64,000 nucleotides of DNA from positions 125,104 to 189,103 of the forward strand of contig CAWBHS010000059.1 of NCBI GenBank assembly GCA_963788655.1. Reading direction: 5' to 3'. Positions within the stretch are counted from its first letter, which is position 1, and the number at the start of each line of letters is the position of its first letter. This DNA comes from an uncultured Verrucomicrobiae bacterium (GTDB lineage: Bacteria; Verrucomicrobiota; Verrucomicrobiia; Limisphaerales; JAFGQR01). Below, piece after piece: positions 10,036-23,573 of the stretch. The notes under the pieces were generated by a model that saw only the letters and a list, made by a program, of their open reading frames with translations, did not search any database and was not told the DNA's origin. Both the position numbers and the translations under genes were made by a program.

Positions 10036-11223
10036 ATGGCAAATCCGTTTTTAGGTGTCTTCTTCCACTGGCTTGGGGGACTGGCGTCCGGCAGCTTTTA
10101 TGTTCCCTACAAAGGGGTCCGCAAATGGGCTTGGGAAGTCTATTGGCTGGTGGGCGGATTTTTCTCCTGGATCATCTGCCCACTGCTGCTGGCCACCCTG
10201 TTGACCAACAACGTCTTCGGAGTGATCAAGAGCCAGTCGCTCTCGACGCTGTGGTGGACGTACTTTTTTGGCGCGATGTGGGGATTTGGCGGCCTGACCT
10301 TCGGCTTGACCATGCGGTACCTCGGCATGTCGCTGGGGATGGGCGTCGCGCTGGGGTATTGCGCCGCGTTCGGCACGCTGTTGCCACCCATTTTCAAGTT
10401 GTTCATCCCGACCATTCCGGTGCCGGAAACCATTGCGCAAATCGCCGCCACGACGCCCGGCAAGGTCACGTTATTGGGCGTGCTGGTTTGCTTGATTGGC
10501 ATCGCCGTTGCGGCGTTGGCCGGGCTGACGAAAGAGCGGGAAATGCCCGAAGCCGAAAAAAAGAAGGCGATCGCCGAATTCAATTTTCCCAAGGGCATCC
10601 TGGTGGCCACCTTTTCGGGCATCATGAGCGCGTGTTTCGCGTTCGCATTGGCCGCGGGAAATCCGATTGGTGAAGCCTCCGCGCTCGCCGGCACGGAGAA
10701 ACTCTGGACCGGGTTGCCGAAACTGGTGGTGGTCTTGTTGGGCGGGTTCACCACGAATTTCGTCTGGTGCGTGCTGCTGAACATTCGTAATCGGACGGGT
10801 TACCAGTACTTCAGCCGCACGTTGCTGGCCACCCCGCCCCGGCGCGACCAGGAAACCATCATCGAGACTGCGACAGACGCCCCGAGCGAAGAGGTTGTTG
10901 AACATGCTTCCCGGCAGCCGATGGTCAACGGCAACCAGGTGCCCATGCTGCGGAATTATTTCTTCAGCGCCCTCGCCGGAACAACTTGGTATTTCCAATT
11001 CTTTTTCTACACGATGGGCGAAACGCAAATGGGCAAGTTCGGTTTCGCCAGTTGGACCCTGCACATGGCCAGCATCATTATCTTCAGCACGATGTGGGGT
11101 TGGATCTTGAAAGAATGGAAAGGCTCGAGCAAGAAGGCCCACAGCCTCATTGCCGCCGGCATCGCCACGCTGATTCTCTCCACCATCATCATTGGTTTTG
11201 GCACCTGGCTGAAAGGACGCTGA
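10036..11223 (+). CDS. rhaT: L-rhamnose/proton symporter
   Basis: GGLASGSFYVPY..V.KW.WE, WGFGGLTFGLTMRYLGMSLG, GGFTTNFVWC, WYFQFFFY.MG, SWTLHM, WG..LKEW; located inside the rha operon. Confidence 0.95.
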   Translation: MANPFLGVFFHWLGGLASGSFYVPYKGVRKWAWEVYWLVGGFFSWIICPLLLATLLTNNVFGVIKSQSLSTLWWTYFFGAMWGFGGLTFGLTMRYLGMSLGMGVALGYCAAFGTLLPPIFKLFIPTIPVPETIAQIAATTPGKVTLLGVLVCLIGIAVAALAGLTKEREMPEAEKKKAIAEFNFPKGILVATFSGIMSACFAFALAAGNPIGEASALAGTEKLWTGLPKLVVVLLGGFTTNFVWCVLLNIRNRTGYQYFSRTLLATPPRRDQETIIETATDAPSEEVVEHASRQPMVNGNQVPMLRNYFFSALAGTTWYFQFFFYTMGETQMGKFGFASWTLHMASIIIFSTMWGWILKEWKGSSKKAHSLIAAGIATLILSTIIIGFGTWLKGR

Positions 11224-11247
11224 AGTCTGGTCAGCAAACCGCGGAAC

Positions 11248-12622
11248 ATGTCCGGGCCGCAACCAATTCATCACGCGGGCGACGAGTTCGAGCGTGAACC
11301 CGTGCCGGAACGGGCGCAAAAAGGCGCCAGCGCGTTCTGGGGCATGTACGCCGGCGAACACACGGCGGGCACGGAGTTCATGATTGGGCCGCTCTTCATT
11401 GCCTGGGGGGTGAACGCCTTCGACTTGCTGGTGGGATTGCTCGTGGGGAATTTACTGGCCGTATTAAGCTGGCGTTATGTGACGGCGCCCATCGCGGCCC
11501 GGATGCGGCTTACGCTCTATTATCAACTCGAAAAGATTTGTGGGCGCAAACTGGTCGTCATCTACAATCTCGCCAACGGCATTCTCTTTTGCTTCCTGGC
11601 CGGCGCCATGGTGACGGTGTCCGCCACGGCCATCGGGGTTCCGTTTCTCCAGCATCCAAATGCCGTCCTTCAACGACCTGATGCCCACCGGCGTGGCGTG
11701 GTGTGTGGCGGTGGTCATCATTGGCGCGGCAATGACGTTCGTGGCCATCAAAGGTTACAGCATGGTCGCGCGCATCGGCCATCTGGCATCCCCGTGGATG
11801 TTCCTCGTGTTCCTCGCGTGCGGCGTGGTGATGCTCGGCAAACTCGGCACCACGAATCTTGTGGAATTGCTCAAACCGGCCGCCGGCACCGAAACCAAAA
11901 TCGGTTTCTGGGGCGTGGTCTGTTTCGCCTGGTTCTGCAACGCTGCCATGCATGTGGGTATGTCGGATTTGTCCGTGTTGCGCTTTGCCCGTAAACCGGC
12001 TTACGGCTGGGCCTCGGCGGCGGGCATGTTTCTCGGACACTACGTCGCCTGGATTTGCGCCGCGCTCCTGCTGGTTTATTGGATCCGCACCGCCGGTGTC
12101 GATCCTGCCACGGGCATGCCGCCCGGGCCAATGGTGTATGATGCCGTCGGGTGGGCCGGTTTGATCTGCGTGATCATCGCCGGTTGGACGACCGCCAATC
12201 CCACCATTTACCGCGCGGGCCTGGCCTTCCAATCGCTGTTTCCGAAGATGTCTCGCACCCGGGCCACGCTCATGGCCGGCACTGTCTGCACGCTGGCCGG
12301 ATTGTTCCCCGCCTTCGCGATGAAGCTGCTCGATTTCGTCGGTCTGTATAGTACCACGCTCGCGCCGGTGGGAGCGATCATCCTGGTGGATGTTTATCTC
12401 GCCAATCGCTTGGGGCTAACCCAAAACTGGGCGGAGCAAACCGGCCGCAGTTTCAATGGTGCCGTGCTGTTGGCCTGGGGCATTCCGCTGGCGTTGTTTT
12501 ACTTTGCCTACGTGAAGTTCCAAGTGTTTCCGTCGTACATGACCTTGCCAGTTTATGTGCTCACCGCGGTGCTTTACATCGTGTTCGCCAAAATGATGCC
12601 CGGCCAACCACACCATGCCTGA
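11248..12622 (+). CDS. purine-cytosine/NCS1-family permease (split by a +1 frameshift near 11645-11650)
   Basis: ORF 11248 (EFEREPVP..GEHTAGTEFMIGP) continues in the +1 frame as ORF 11660 (WFCNAAMHVGMSDLSVLRFA, AGWTTANPTIYRAG). Multi-TM protein. Confidence 0.8.
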
Positions 12623-12635
12623 AGATGTTCATGCC

Positions 12636-12818
12636 ATGTCCACCGTATTGAAAACTCTCGGCTGCGGCGCGCTCGCGCTTACGATCATGCCGCCGTTGCT
12701 GTTCCTGACCAAAGCGCTCACCGAACCGGCGATGAAAAGCCTCATGCTGTTCGGTTGCGCGCTGTGGTTTGTCGTCGGCACCGTTTTTCATGAAAGGCGG
12801 CCGTGGGTGAACTGGTAG
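12636..12818 (+). CDS. small two-TM membrane protein
   Basis: Two hydrophobic helices, located between the permease and rhaB. A possible extra base near 12775 would give a C-terminus APFFMKGGRG ending at 12810. Alternative start at 12615. Confidence 0.6.
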   Translation: MSTVLKTLGCGALALTIMPPLLFLTKALTEPAMKSLMLFGCALWFVVGTVFHERRPWVNW

Positions 12819-12858
12819 CCAAACGTGATCCTAACTCCTAACCGATCTGACTCTATTT

Positions 12859-14346
12859 ATGTCTGAACAAGTCTATCTCGCCATTGATCTGGGCGCCGAA
12901 AGCGGTCGGGTGATCGCTGGACGCTGGAACGGTAAAACCATTCGACTCGAAGAAATGCACCGGTTTCCGAACGGCCCGGTATTCATCGGCGGCACCATGC
13001 GCTGGGACGTGCTGCGGCAGTGGACCGAAATCCAAAATGGCCTGGGCCTGGCCGCCAAAAAGTTCGGCCAGAAGATCGTGTCGGCGGGCGCGGACACCTG
13101 GGGCGTCGATTTCGTGCTTCTGAACAAGCAGAACGAGATGCTTGGCCAGCCTTACCATTACCGCGACGCCCGGACCAACGGCATCATGGAAAAGGCGTTC
13201 AAGAAGGTCTCGCGCGCTGAAATCTTCAAGCAAACCGGGCTCCAGTTCATGCAGCTCAACACGCTGTTCCAATTGATTGCCTTGAACCGGGTAAACCCGG
13301 ATCTGCTCGCGGCTGCCGATTGTCTTTTGATGATGCCGGACTTCATCCATTGGTGCCTGTGCGGTTCGCGGGTCGTCGAATACACCAACGGCTCCACCAC
13401 CCAGTGCATGCATCCGCTCACGCGCAATTGGTCTTCCGGCTTGCTGAAGAAATTCGGCCTCCCGGTACGGCCCTTTCCAAAAGTGGTGCCGCCCGGCACC
13501 AAGCTGGGCACCTTGCGTCCGTTCGTCGGCGAGCGCACCGGACTCGGCAAGATTCAAATCGTCGCCCCGCCCACGCACGACACCGCCTCGGCCGTGGCCG
13601 GCGTGCCGACGGCCAACACCGGCAAAGCCAACTGGGCGTATCTCAGTTCCGGTACGTGGTCATTGATGGGGACCGAGGTCAAGCAAGCCTCGCTCTCCGC
13701 GCAAACCCTCGCTTACAATCTCACTAACGAAGGCGGTATCGACGGCACGTTTCGTTTGCTCAAGAACATCATGGGCTTGTGGCTGGTGCAGCAGTGCAAA
13801 CGTTCGTTCGAAGCCCGCGGCAAAAAATACGATTACGCCCAGCTCGCCAACCTGGCGGCGAAGGCGCCGGCGTTGCGGTCGCTGGTCAACCCGGATGATC
13901 CGCGGTTTCTCAATCCGCCGGATATGGTCAAGGCGTTTCAAAGTTACTGCCGCGAAACCAAACAGCCCGTGCCGAAAACTGAAGGCGAACTGGTGCGTTG
14001 TGCTTACGAAAGCCTGGCGTTGAAATATCGTGAAGTGCTCAGTTGTCTGGAAGAACTCACTGGCAACCGCATCGAAGTCATTCACATCGTGGGCGGCGGT
14101 TCCCAGAGCAAAATCCTGAACCAATTCACCGCGGACGCCTGCCAGCGGCCGGTGCTCGCCGGGCCGGTCGAGGCCACGGCCATGGGCAATCTCATGATGC
14201 AGGTTCGCGCCAACGGCGAAGTGCGATCCTTGGCGGAGATGCGCGAAGTCATTCGTCAATCCAGCAAAATGACCCGCCACCAACCGGGCTCCGTGGCGGC
14301 GTGGGAAGATGCCGCCGCGCAGTTCACGGCGTTACGCGAAGCGTAG
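12859..14346 (+). CDS. rhaB: rhamnulokinase (FGGY family)
   Basis: LAIDLGAESGR, DTWGVDF, YHYRDART, HDTASAV, SSGTWSLMG, TNEGG, LKNIMGLW, IVGGGSQ, GPVEATAMGN. Confidence 0.95.
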   Translation: MSEQVYLAIDLGAESGRVIAGRWNGKTIRLEEMHRFPNGPVFIGGTMRWDVLRQWTEIQNGLGLAAKKFGQKIVSAGADTWGVDFVLLNKQNEMLGQPYHYRDARTNGIMEKAFKKVSRAEIFKQTGLQFMQLNTLFQLIALNRVNPDLLAAADCLLMMPDFIHWCLCGSRVVEYTNGSTTQCMHPLTRNWSSGLLKKFGLPVRPFPKVVPPGTKLGTLRPFVGERTGLGKIQIVAPPTHDTASAVAGVPTANTGKANWAYLSSGTWSLMGTEVKQASLSAQTLAYNLTNEGGIDGTFRLLKNIMGLWLVQQCKRSFEARGKKYDYAQLANLAAKAPALRSLVNPDDPRFLNPPDMVKAFQSYCRETKQPVPKTEGELVRCAYESLALKYREVLSCLEELTGNRIEVIHIVGGGSQSKILNQFTADACQRPVLAGPVEATAMGNLMMQVRANGEVRSLAEMREVIRQSSKMTRHQPGSVAAWEDAAAQFTALREA

Positions 14347-14407
14347 GATAGCGTCCCGCCCGTCGCGATCGCACCCAAGCCGACGGAACGCAACTGTCGC
14401 AGCGGTC

Positions 14408-17400
14408 CTATTCCGGCTGCATCGGCGTCACCACGCGGTAGAACCGATGGCCATTGGCGCCGGCTTCCGGATCGGTGATCTGGAGGTTCGTCTTACTCGC
14501 TTGCGGCGGAATATTGGTCAGGCTGTTCCATAGGCTGCTGCCCAATTGGTCGGTGTATTGAATCGTGTAACTGACATTGGGCATGGCGGTGAATTCGACC
14601 AGAGCGCCGTTGCCGTCTTCCGTCAGGTGCGCCTGTAACACACTCTGCGTATCGTTCGGGTCGGTTCCACTTTGGGATTCCTGCCAGTTGGTGCGCCCAT
14701 CGTGGTCCGGATCCAAATCGCGGTCCCCCGGATTCGTCGGATCGAGGCCGTGTTGCATTTCCCACACGTCCGCCATGCCGTCACCGTCGCAATCATCGAG
14801 CACCAGCGACAACGTCGCCACCTCGCTGGTCACGGACCCGCTGGCATTGGCCACCACCACCACATACGGGCCTTCATCCGCCAGCTTCGGTTTCAGGATC
14901 GTCAGGGTCGCCTCCGTGGCGCCCGTCAGCAGATTGGTTTCATTGAAGAACCATTGATACTGCAACGGTGAGATACTCGAGGCTTCCACCGTAAAGACGG
15001 CGTCGGCGCAAGGCGTCACTGCCTGGTCGGTTGGCTGGGTGACAATCTGGGGGCCGCTGGCCAAAGTCACGTGCGCCACCAGGCTGGTGGCCATGCCCTC
15101 GCTGTTGGCGGCCACGGCCTGGTAATCGCCTTCAGCGGCGGCTTGCACATTGCTCAGCACCAGGCTGGCATTGGTGCCGGCGGCAATCGCGTTGGTGCCG
15201 TTGAAATACCATTGATAACTCAAGGGTGCCGTGCCGCGCGCTTCGGACACCAGCGTGGCATCGGTGCCGACCGCCACAGTCTGATTGGTCGGTTCAATGG
15301 CAAAATAGGGAGCGGCCGGTTCGATGGTAATGTATGCTTTGTCACTCGGACGGCTCACGCGGCCCAGTTCGTTCGTCACGGCCACGTCCCAATAGTCATC
15401 GTGCTGGCCGGTTTGGGCGTTTTCCACGGTAAACACGCAGTTCGTGGAGTAGAGAATGATGTTGGTATAGCCGGCCCCTTTGTGACGCCAGCGGTAGCTG
15501 ATCGGCAGCGTGCCGTTGGCGGAAATGCTGATGCTGAAGGTGCGGCCTTCGAGGACGGTCTGGTTGACCGGTGTGGGCTGGAGCGTGATGGACGGTTGCA
15601 CCAACACGGTCAGGATCGCTTCCGCGCTGAGGCGAGTGCCGATCTCGTCCGTGACGGCTACCTGGTAGGCCCCGTCATTGATGTATAATTCCGCGCTGTC
15701 CACCGTATAGCTCGCTCCGGTGGCTCCAGGAATCGGCTCGCCGTTGCGCTGCCATTGATACGCCAGCGTGCCCGTGCCGTTGGCAGTGACCGTAAAGTTC
15801 GCGCTTGCTCCAGGATTGACGCTGACGTTTTGCGGTTGCCCGACAATCTGCGGCAACCGCAGTACGGTCAGGGTGGCCGTGCGGCTCACCACGGCGCCGG
15901 CTGAGCCGAGCACCACCACGGAATAGCCGGCTTGGTAGGTAAACTGAATGTTGGGAATTTCCAGCGTCGGCCCGCTCACATTCGGTATGATCACATCATT
16001 GGAGCGCCACAGATACTGGAATGGCCCGGTGCCGTCCACGGTCACGCTGAACGTGGCGGTGCTGAACTCGGCAACGGCCTGATCCGCCGGTTCCGTGGAA
16101 ATAGTCGGCGGGTTGCCGCCCGCAAACGGTTCGCCCGGACTGGGGGCCGCGGCGAGCCAATTGGTCGGATCATTGCCGAACGCGTCGGCAGTAAGACGAT
16201 GGAGCGATGGCCCAATGCCATCGGCCGCTCCCGGCCAGGGCGCCGCATCGGTGTATTTGACTTGTTCCACCAGGATGTAGGGCACCACGGTAGCGGGCGG
16301 CGGTGGTGGAACGTCGGGCCGGGTTAGTTCCACACTGTCCTGGGCGTTGTTAAGTTGTCCGTCCCACGGGCCATACACCGGTACGGAGGTCGGAACGTCA
16401 TTCCGGGTGCGGAACGACTCCAACGCGGCGGTGTCGGCCGGGTCGAAACTCGCCACCAGCAAGTAACCGCCCGGTGGCAGGCTGACATTGGTCGGGAACG
16501 TAAACCGCACGGCATCCTTGAGCCGCCAAGTGTTGGTCGGATAGTTCGGGTCATAAAGCAGCACGGCGTCCGTCGAGAAATTGTGCAACTCGAGGTATTC
16601 GTCCCGGTTGTTGTCTTGCAGGACACCCCCCACCATTTCATCGGGCGGATGATACATGATTTCACTGACAACCACCGGCCCCACCAGCGGTCCGGCGTTG
16701 GTCGCGTTCAGGGTCAAGGCGCGTTGCGCCACGAACTCCTCGTCGCCCTGGCTGGTGATGATACCGGCCAAAGGAAACCTTGTCCGGCGCGGCACCAAAT
16801 TGAAAGCCATGCACGTAGCCGGTCAGATTGGTCTGCGCGTCGCCCGAGAACAAATACACCTCATCCCCATCGGCCCCGAGCGCAAAGCTGGGTGGCACTC
16901 CGGGCAGCGGGTTAAAGTGTGATTCGTCAAACACCAGATAACCGCCCGCGGCAATGACGGTGTCATTCGGGATGCGGTATTTTTGCGGCGCGAAATAGTC
17001 ATCGGTTAGAAACCAGCCGCCAATGTTCACGTCGGTGGTGGTCGGATTGTACAGCTCGATGCTATCGGTGGGCGGCGGCATCACCGAATGTGTCAGCGCT
17101 TCGTTGATCACGATGGGCGCAATGGTCGGATAAGTTGGAACCGTCGCCCCCGGCTCGCCGTAGAGTTGCCCGCTGGCGCGCCAATTGGATTTGTTGCCCC
17201 AGAGATCCGGTTCGGCTTGCTCGTCCACCACCGTCAACGAAAAGCCCAAGCCATCGGTGATCGGGTACCAGGAATTGTTATAGGAAAAGTCCAGGATTTC
17301 CTCGCCACTTGCATCGATCAACTGAATCCGCTCGCCGGCGTTGTCGAGGGCGCCGTCATACTGGCCGGCAATGTTGAAGCCACTTCCGTAGCGGGCGGTA

Positions 17401-20400
17401 AAGGCCGCCGAGTCCCGCACCACCAGCACGACCTCACCCGGAGCCAGCGTCGTTACAGCGCTGCCGCTGAAGTCAAAATAAATGCCGTTGGTGAACCGGA
17501 CGCTCGTCAAGTCGAGCGCCGCGGAGCCAGTGTTCTTGAGCTTGATGAATTCAAAGCTCTGCGAATCGTTCGTGTTACCCGCCAGCGGCGGCGGATTGTA
17601 CATGATTTCGGTGATGCGCAGGTACTGTTGAGCCGGGCTGGGATTGCCCGGATAGGGATGTGCGTCCACCACACGGCCGGTGTCATCGATGACAGAGATC
17701 GTCTCGCCCCGCGCGGAGAGTTGTCCTTTGTAAGATCCCTGAACGAACAATCCCTGGCCGCCCATGGGGCCCGTGCTCCGCGCCCGGAAGGCATTCACGT
17801 CCGGGGAAACGTAGAGCACGCTGTAGAAGGGCATGATCGTTCCCGGCTGGAACGTGAAGCGCACCGCCCCGTCGAGTTTCCAATTGGAAATGTCCACGGC
17901 ATAAGGATTGGGGTTGGTCAGGCAGATGTATTCTTCGGCCTGGTTGCCGGAGGCAGGGTTGTAGTCCAGATCCTGGACCAGGATGGTCGCATCGACTGGT
18001 TGCTGGACGGGAATGCCGGCATTGTAATTGACCCCCAAACCGATCGGCTTGGCCGTGTTGGTTTCGCAGTGGGTGACGAAGAAGTGCGTGCGCCGCGGCT
18101 CAATGAATTGATCGATGAGATCGTTGATGCCATTGGTCAACCACTGGTTCGGCCCAAAGCAATACATGCCGCACGATCCTGACGAGCATGGCCAGGCCCA
18201 TTTTTGGCGATCGAGAAAGGCCTCCGTCCAGATCTGATTCGTAAGGGCGACGATGTGCTGCTCGATGAAGCGGTCCGGGAAAGGCGTGCCGGGGGGCTGG
18301 AGGAATTGGTCCATCAACGTGCGTTCGCGGCGCAGGAGCATTTCACGCGTTTCCGGCACGGCGACGATGATGTCATAGATCCGGTTCCAGACATCCGGAC
18401 GATAGGTCGCCGTCACTTGGGAACCGCCGTAGAGCGGGTGGGCTTTGTAAGCATCGTTAGTGGCGACGATCACGTTGAATACCGTCGGGGCGTCGCCGCA
18501 GTAGAGTTGGCCCCACGAGACGTTCAAATCAAAGGGGATGATGCTCCATTCGCCGTTGCCCGTGGTATCGCGATAGACCGACATGTTGGCCCAAACGTCG
18601 TCGCCTTCGAGCGTGAAGCGGGCGACGCTCAGGTAGTTGACGATTTCGGGCACGTTCAGGTTGTCGAAAAGAAAGGTCCGCCGTTGATCCAGCGTGCGGG
18701 TTTCGGCAATGCCGGCCGCCAGCGCATCGTAATCCTCACGACCTTCCCACTGGCGGGTCTTCTTCTCAAAGCCGCCGGTGCTGTAGTAATCCGGCGTGAT
18801 GGTGCCCGCGGCTTTGTAGAGCGCGCCAATGGGGCTGTAGCCCAAGCGCTCGACTTGTTCTTTGCCGACGACATCGTTGTGAAAGGCGAGTTGGTAGAAA
18901 GCGCCGTTAAGTTGGACGCGCACCGGATAGTCAAATGCCGTGGGCACGCCCATCAAATCCATCATCCAAAACGACAGGTATTGGCGCAGATAAGCCGGAT
19001 CGGCGTGCTCGGCCAGCAAGGAGGTATGCAGGATGCGCCCGCCCGGTCCCGGGTGCCGGAACGGATGTTGGGCGTTAAAGTTCAGCCGATGGGACTTCTT
19101 GGGATACGCGGCGGTGGTGTTGCCACGCAGCTCCATGTAAACGTTGTCATATAACTCACCATCGTAAAACAAGGCCACGCGGCCGCCGCTCTCGGTATCG
19201 ATCCCGCTCAGGTATTCGGCAGCAACGAAAATTTGGAAGATCGGCAGTTTGCTGGTGAGACTGGGATCGGTAATGACCGTTCCGAGATATTCGGCAGTAT
19301 TGTTCGGATCTTCAAACAAGGGCCAGCGCGACTGCCGGTTTCCGAAATCTTTCGCCGTGATGAACCAGCGGATCATCTGGCCATTCGTCGCCGAGTTGGC
19401 GGGGATGGTGGCGCCATAAATGCCGTCGCCGCCCATCCCGTCTCCGTGCTGGCCGTCATCGAACATGGTGATCGTGTTGGTCACGCCGAACATGACCCGC
19501 CAATTTAATGTAACTTCAGTGATTGGGTTAAACGACGGCGCCACCTTGGCGGTTACCACAATGGGATCGTTAAAATTCGGTTGCGCAGGAGGTGCGGGCG
19601 TGAAGTTTGCCGCGCTGATGATGGGACCGAGGTCCGCAGTTCCCAAGCCGTTCACATCCCCGGGCGTGGGAGTGGTGAAATAGCGTGCCTGCGCCCCGTA
19701 TTCTCCCAACGACGCGCCACTCAATTCGGCTGAAATCAAGAAATCTGAGTTGGCGGCGCTGGTGTTTAATCCCTGGATTGCCAATACGTTGGGACCCACC
19801 AGCAGCGAACCGCTGGCGCCGGTGATGTTGATGGTTTCGGATTGGACGGCCTGGGCATCCGGATGGTATGTCGTGGCGGCGGCGTTCCAGGGCAGGGGAT
19901 TCAACGTGACGGCGGTCGGAGCATTGCGCCAGGCTACGAGATTGCCATTGAGATAGGCCGCGAAACCGTCGTCATATTTTATCTGCAGGATCAGCCGGTC
20001 CACCTGGGAAGGATCGTCGAGGTTAAACGGGTAGCGGAGGTAGGCGGAACTGTTCACCCCGTGCATCGCCGTGGTGAGGTCGGTGCCGATCAGACTGGTG
20101 TACGAACCCGAGGCCACCGGCGTACTCGCCGCCTGGTACTGCTCGGAAATCTCGGCCGCCGACAGGGCCCGGTTCCACACGGCTACTTCATCAATCTGGC
20201 CATTGAAAAAGTTCCCTGAGGCATCGAAGACCCCACCGCCCCCGATGTGAAACGTACTACTGGACGAACCGTAGTTGCTGGAGGCCGTGCCGCCCGTCGC
20301 CGCCAGGACGCCGTTCGTGTAAAGCTTCAACGTGCTGCCATCGGCCACGGCGCAGACATGGTACCATTGGTTGATGGGCAGCGACCAGGGGAGATTCACA

Positions 20401-21401
20401 GAGCCGCCGTTCGGGGTCCAGATTTGCAGGTTGTCGGTAGCGGAAAAACCAAACTCGACCGCATCATTCTGCCCGAACAAACCAGTTCGGGCGGCGGGTG
20501 TGGCCAGCGGACGGATCCACCCCGCCATGCTGAAAGCACCGAGATTGCTCAAGAAGCTGCTGCTGGTGTTGACATAGCTGCTGGTGCCGTTGAATTGGCC
20601 GGCGTTGTTATCGTTCTCAAAGCCGCCGTAAGCAGGAGGGCGCGGTCCCGCCACATTAAGGGTGACACTTTGATAAGTCCCGGCCACGCCGTTGGCGCCG
20701 ATGTTCGCCGCCGCCGAACCGCTGGTTTCATTCAACCGCCAATAAGCAATCGGACTGGAAGCCTGGATGATCGAGGCGACCGAGTCCTCGCCTGGATTCG
20801 GTTCGCCCGTGTCGAAGCCCACCCCGTCGGGGCCTTGAATCCACGTGCTGTCGTCGAAGCCCACTTGCGTCCAGGTGTCTCCCAGACTGTCGTTCGCCGG
20901 CACCAGCGCCCGCACTGCCGCTCCGGCCGGTAGCAGGGTGAAATTGGTTTGCTCGATGCCAAACCCGTAGGAAACGCCGGTGAACTGCGGCGGGTACGCG
21001 GGGGCAAATTCCGTGGCAATCGTTTCGCCATCCGGCTCGACCAAGGCGAGATATTCTCCGGATCCCGAGAGCTTGAAGCTGGTGTGCAGTGGGGCGCCCG
21101 GCAAACGGCGATCCTTTTCCGAGGCGAAGACAATCATAAACGCGCCGGCGTTGATATTCGTCGCGGGAAAACGCCATCGCTTCAGCTCGCTGGGCCGGTC
21201 GGTCAATGACCAATCGAGCAAATTGACCGTGTTCGTGCCCGGATTGTGAATCTCGATCCAGTCCGGATACTCCCCATCTTCATCCGCCAACGTGCCGGCG
21301 TTGCTGGCCATGAATTCGGAGATGACCAGTTGGCCGACAGAGGGGGAGACACTCAGAAATCCGGTTAAACCAATGTACAGTAGGAATTTAAACGTTTTCA
21401 T
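14408..21401 (-). CDS. very large secreted protein: lamin-tail domains, LamG, CotH kinase, Ig-like repeats, Ca-binding DxDGDG repeats (split by a +1 frameshift near 16760)
   Basis: Signal peptide; LTD motifs (VISEFMASN..DWIEIHN, ITEIMYNP, INEALTH, VSEIMYHP); LamG (YWRLNE..FNGQIDEVAVWNRALS); CotH (LRGNTT..PKKSH, IIPFDLN); Ig repeats (I..QP....V, YQW); DCDGDGMADVWE..GTDP; C-terminal RFYRVVTP. The frames join at SFGRY|ITSQGDE. Confidence 0.88.
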
Positions 21402-21696
21402 ACGGCTTTAACAGGAATGTAACATATCAGTTATTGGAAGCAAAGCCAATGCTGGAGTTTATCAAGTTAGGGGGACGCGTTGACTCAAATTAAAAGACAC
21501 CGAGGGAGAAAATCCGGAGGGAGGCAAAAGGGAAGTTAAAGGAAATTTTGATTTGATCAGCAATACAACCAGAGCAAGACAGTCCTCTCCGCATAAATTG
21601 CGGCGCCGCGTGTGGTTCACGCATCCCGTCTTTTGGCGAGCGGAGCGCGCGCCTTCAATCCGCACACCGTTGGCCCACCATCCCTGCTTGTTGAGA

Positions 21697-21903
21697 TTAG
21701 TACTTGGTCTTGATCCCGCAAGCCCGCATCAGGCACCAGCCCCGCACGGCTTCAAACAAGACAAACCCGCCCGAAGTCACCAAGACGATGCCGACCCAGA
21801 GTTGGTAGGTTGCCAGCACCAAACCAGCCACCACAAGTAACACTCCCAACGTTGCTCGCAGGATGCGCCCTTTCCGATCAATATTGCGTCGCCAGAAACT
21901 CAT
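21697..21903 (-). CDS. DUF2892/YgaP-like small membrane protein
   Basis: RNIDRKGRILR..two TM helices..RGWC...ACGI pattern; ATG at 21903. Confidence 0.8.
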   Translation of the reverse strand: MSFWRRNIDRKGRILRATLGVLLVVAGLVLATYQLWVGIVLVTSGGFVLFEAVRGWCLMRACGIKTKY

Positions 21904-21998
21904 CTTCCTCAACAGGTAGCAAAGCAAGCGGTCCAAAGCAAATGCGTGGATGAAATGGCGACTGGATCGGACACCGTGTGGGGTGGGAGCACCAGATC

Positions 21999-22036
21999 AA
22001 AAAAACCATCCAACCGGACCGGGTCCGGTTGGATGG
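21999..22036 (-). terminator. Rho-independent terminator of eno
   Basis: Inverted repeat CCATCCAACCGGACC / GGTCCGGTTGGATGG followed on the minus strand by a T7 run, about 25 nt after the eno stop. Confidence 0.85.
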
Positions 22037-22059
22037 CTTCGACTTGCTGACAGAGCGCG

Positions 22060-23354
<1,295 letters not shown>

Positions 23355-23384
23355 TCAAATTTCAGAATTACAAAATGTCCGGGC

Positions 23385-23412
23385 ATCTTATGGGGGAACC
23401 GGGCTGAGTCAA
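23385..23412 (-). promoter_or_regulatory. sigma70-like promoter of eno
   Basis: Minus strand TTGACT-16 nt-TAAGAT, about 40 nt upstream of the start. Confidence 0.55.
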
Positions 23413-23573
23413 GGAGAGGTTCGCGGTGGCGGGTGAGCGCATCCACTGGGAAGTTGTCGAGCGGAGGACTGTGATCTCAGGGGTCGGCGGCCAGTACGTG
23501 GCGGCGGTTTTGACGGTTCGAGGACTTCTGCTTGTTCGCCAGCTTTCCTTGCGGCACAATGGCAGCACAATCA

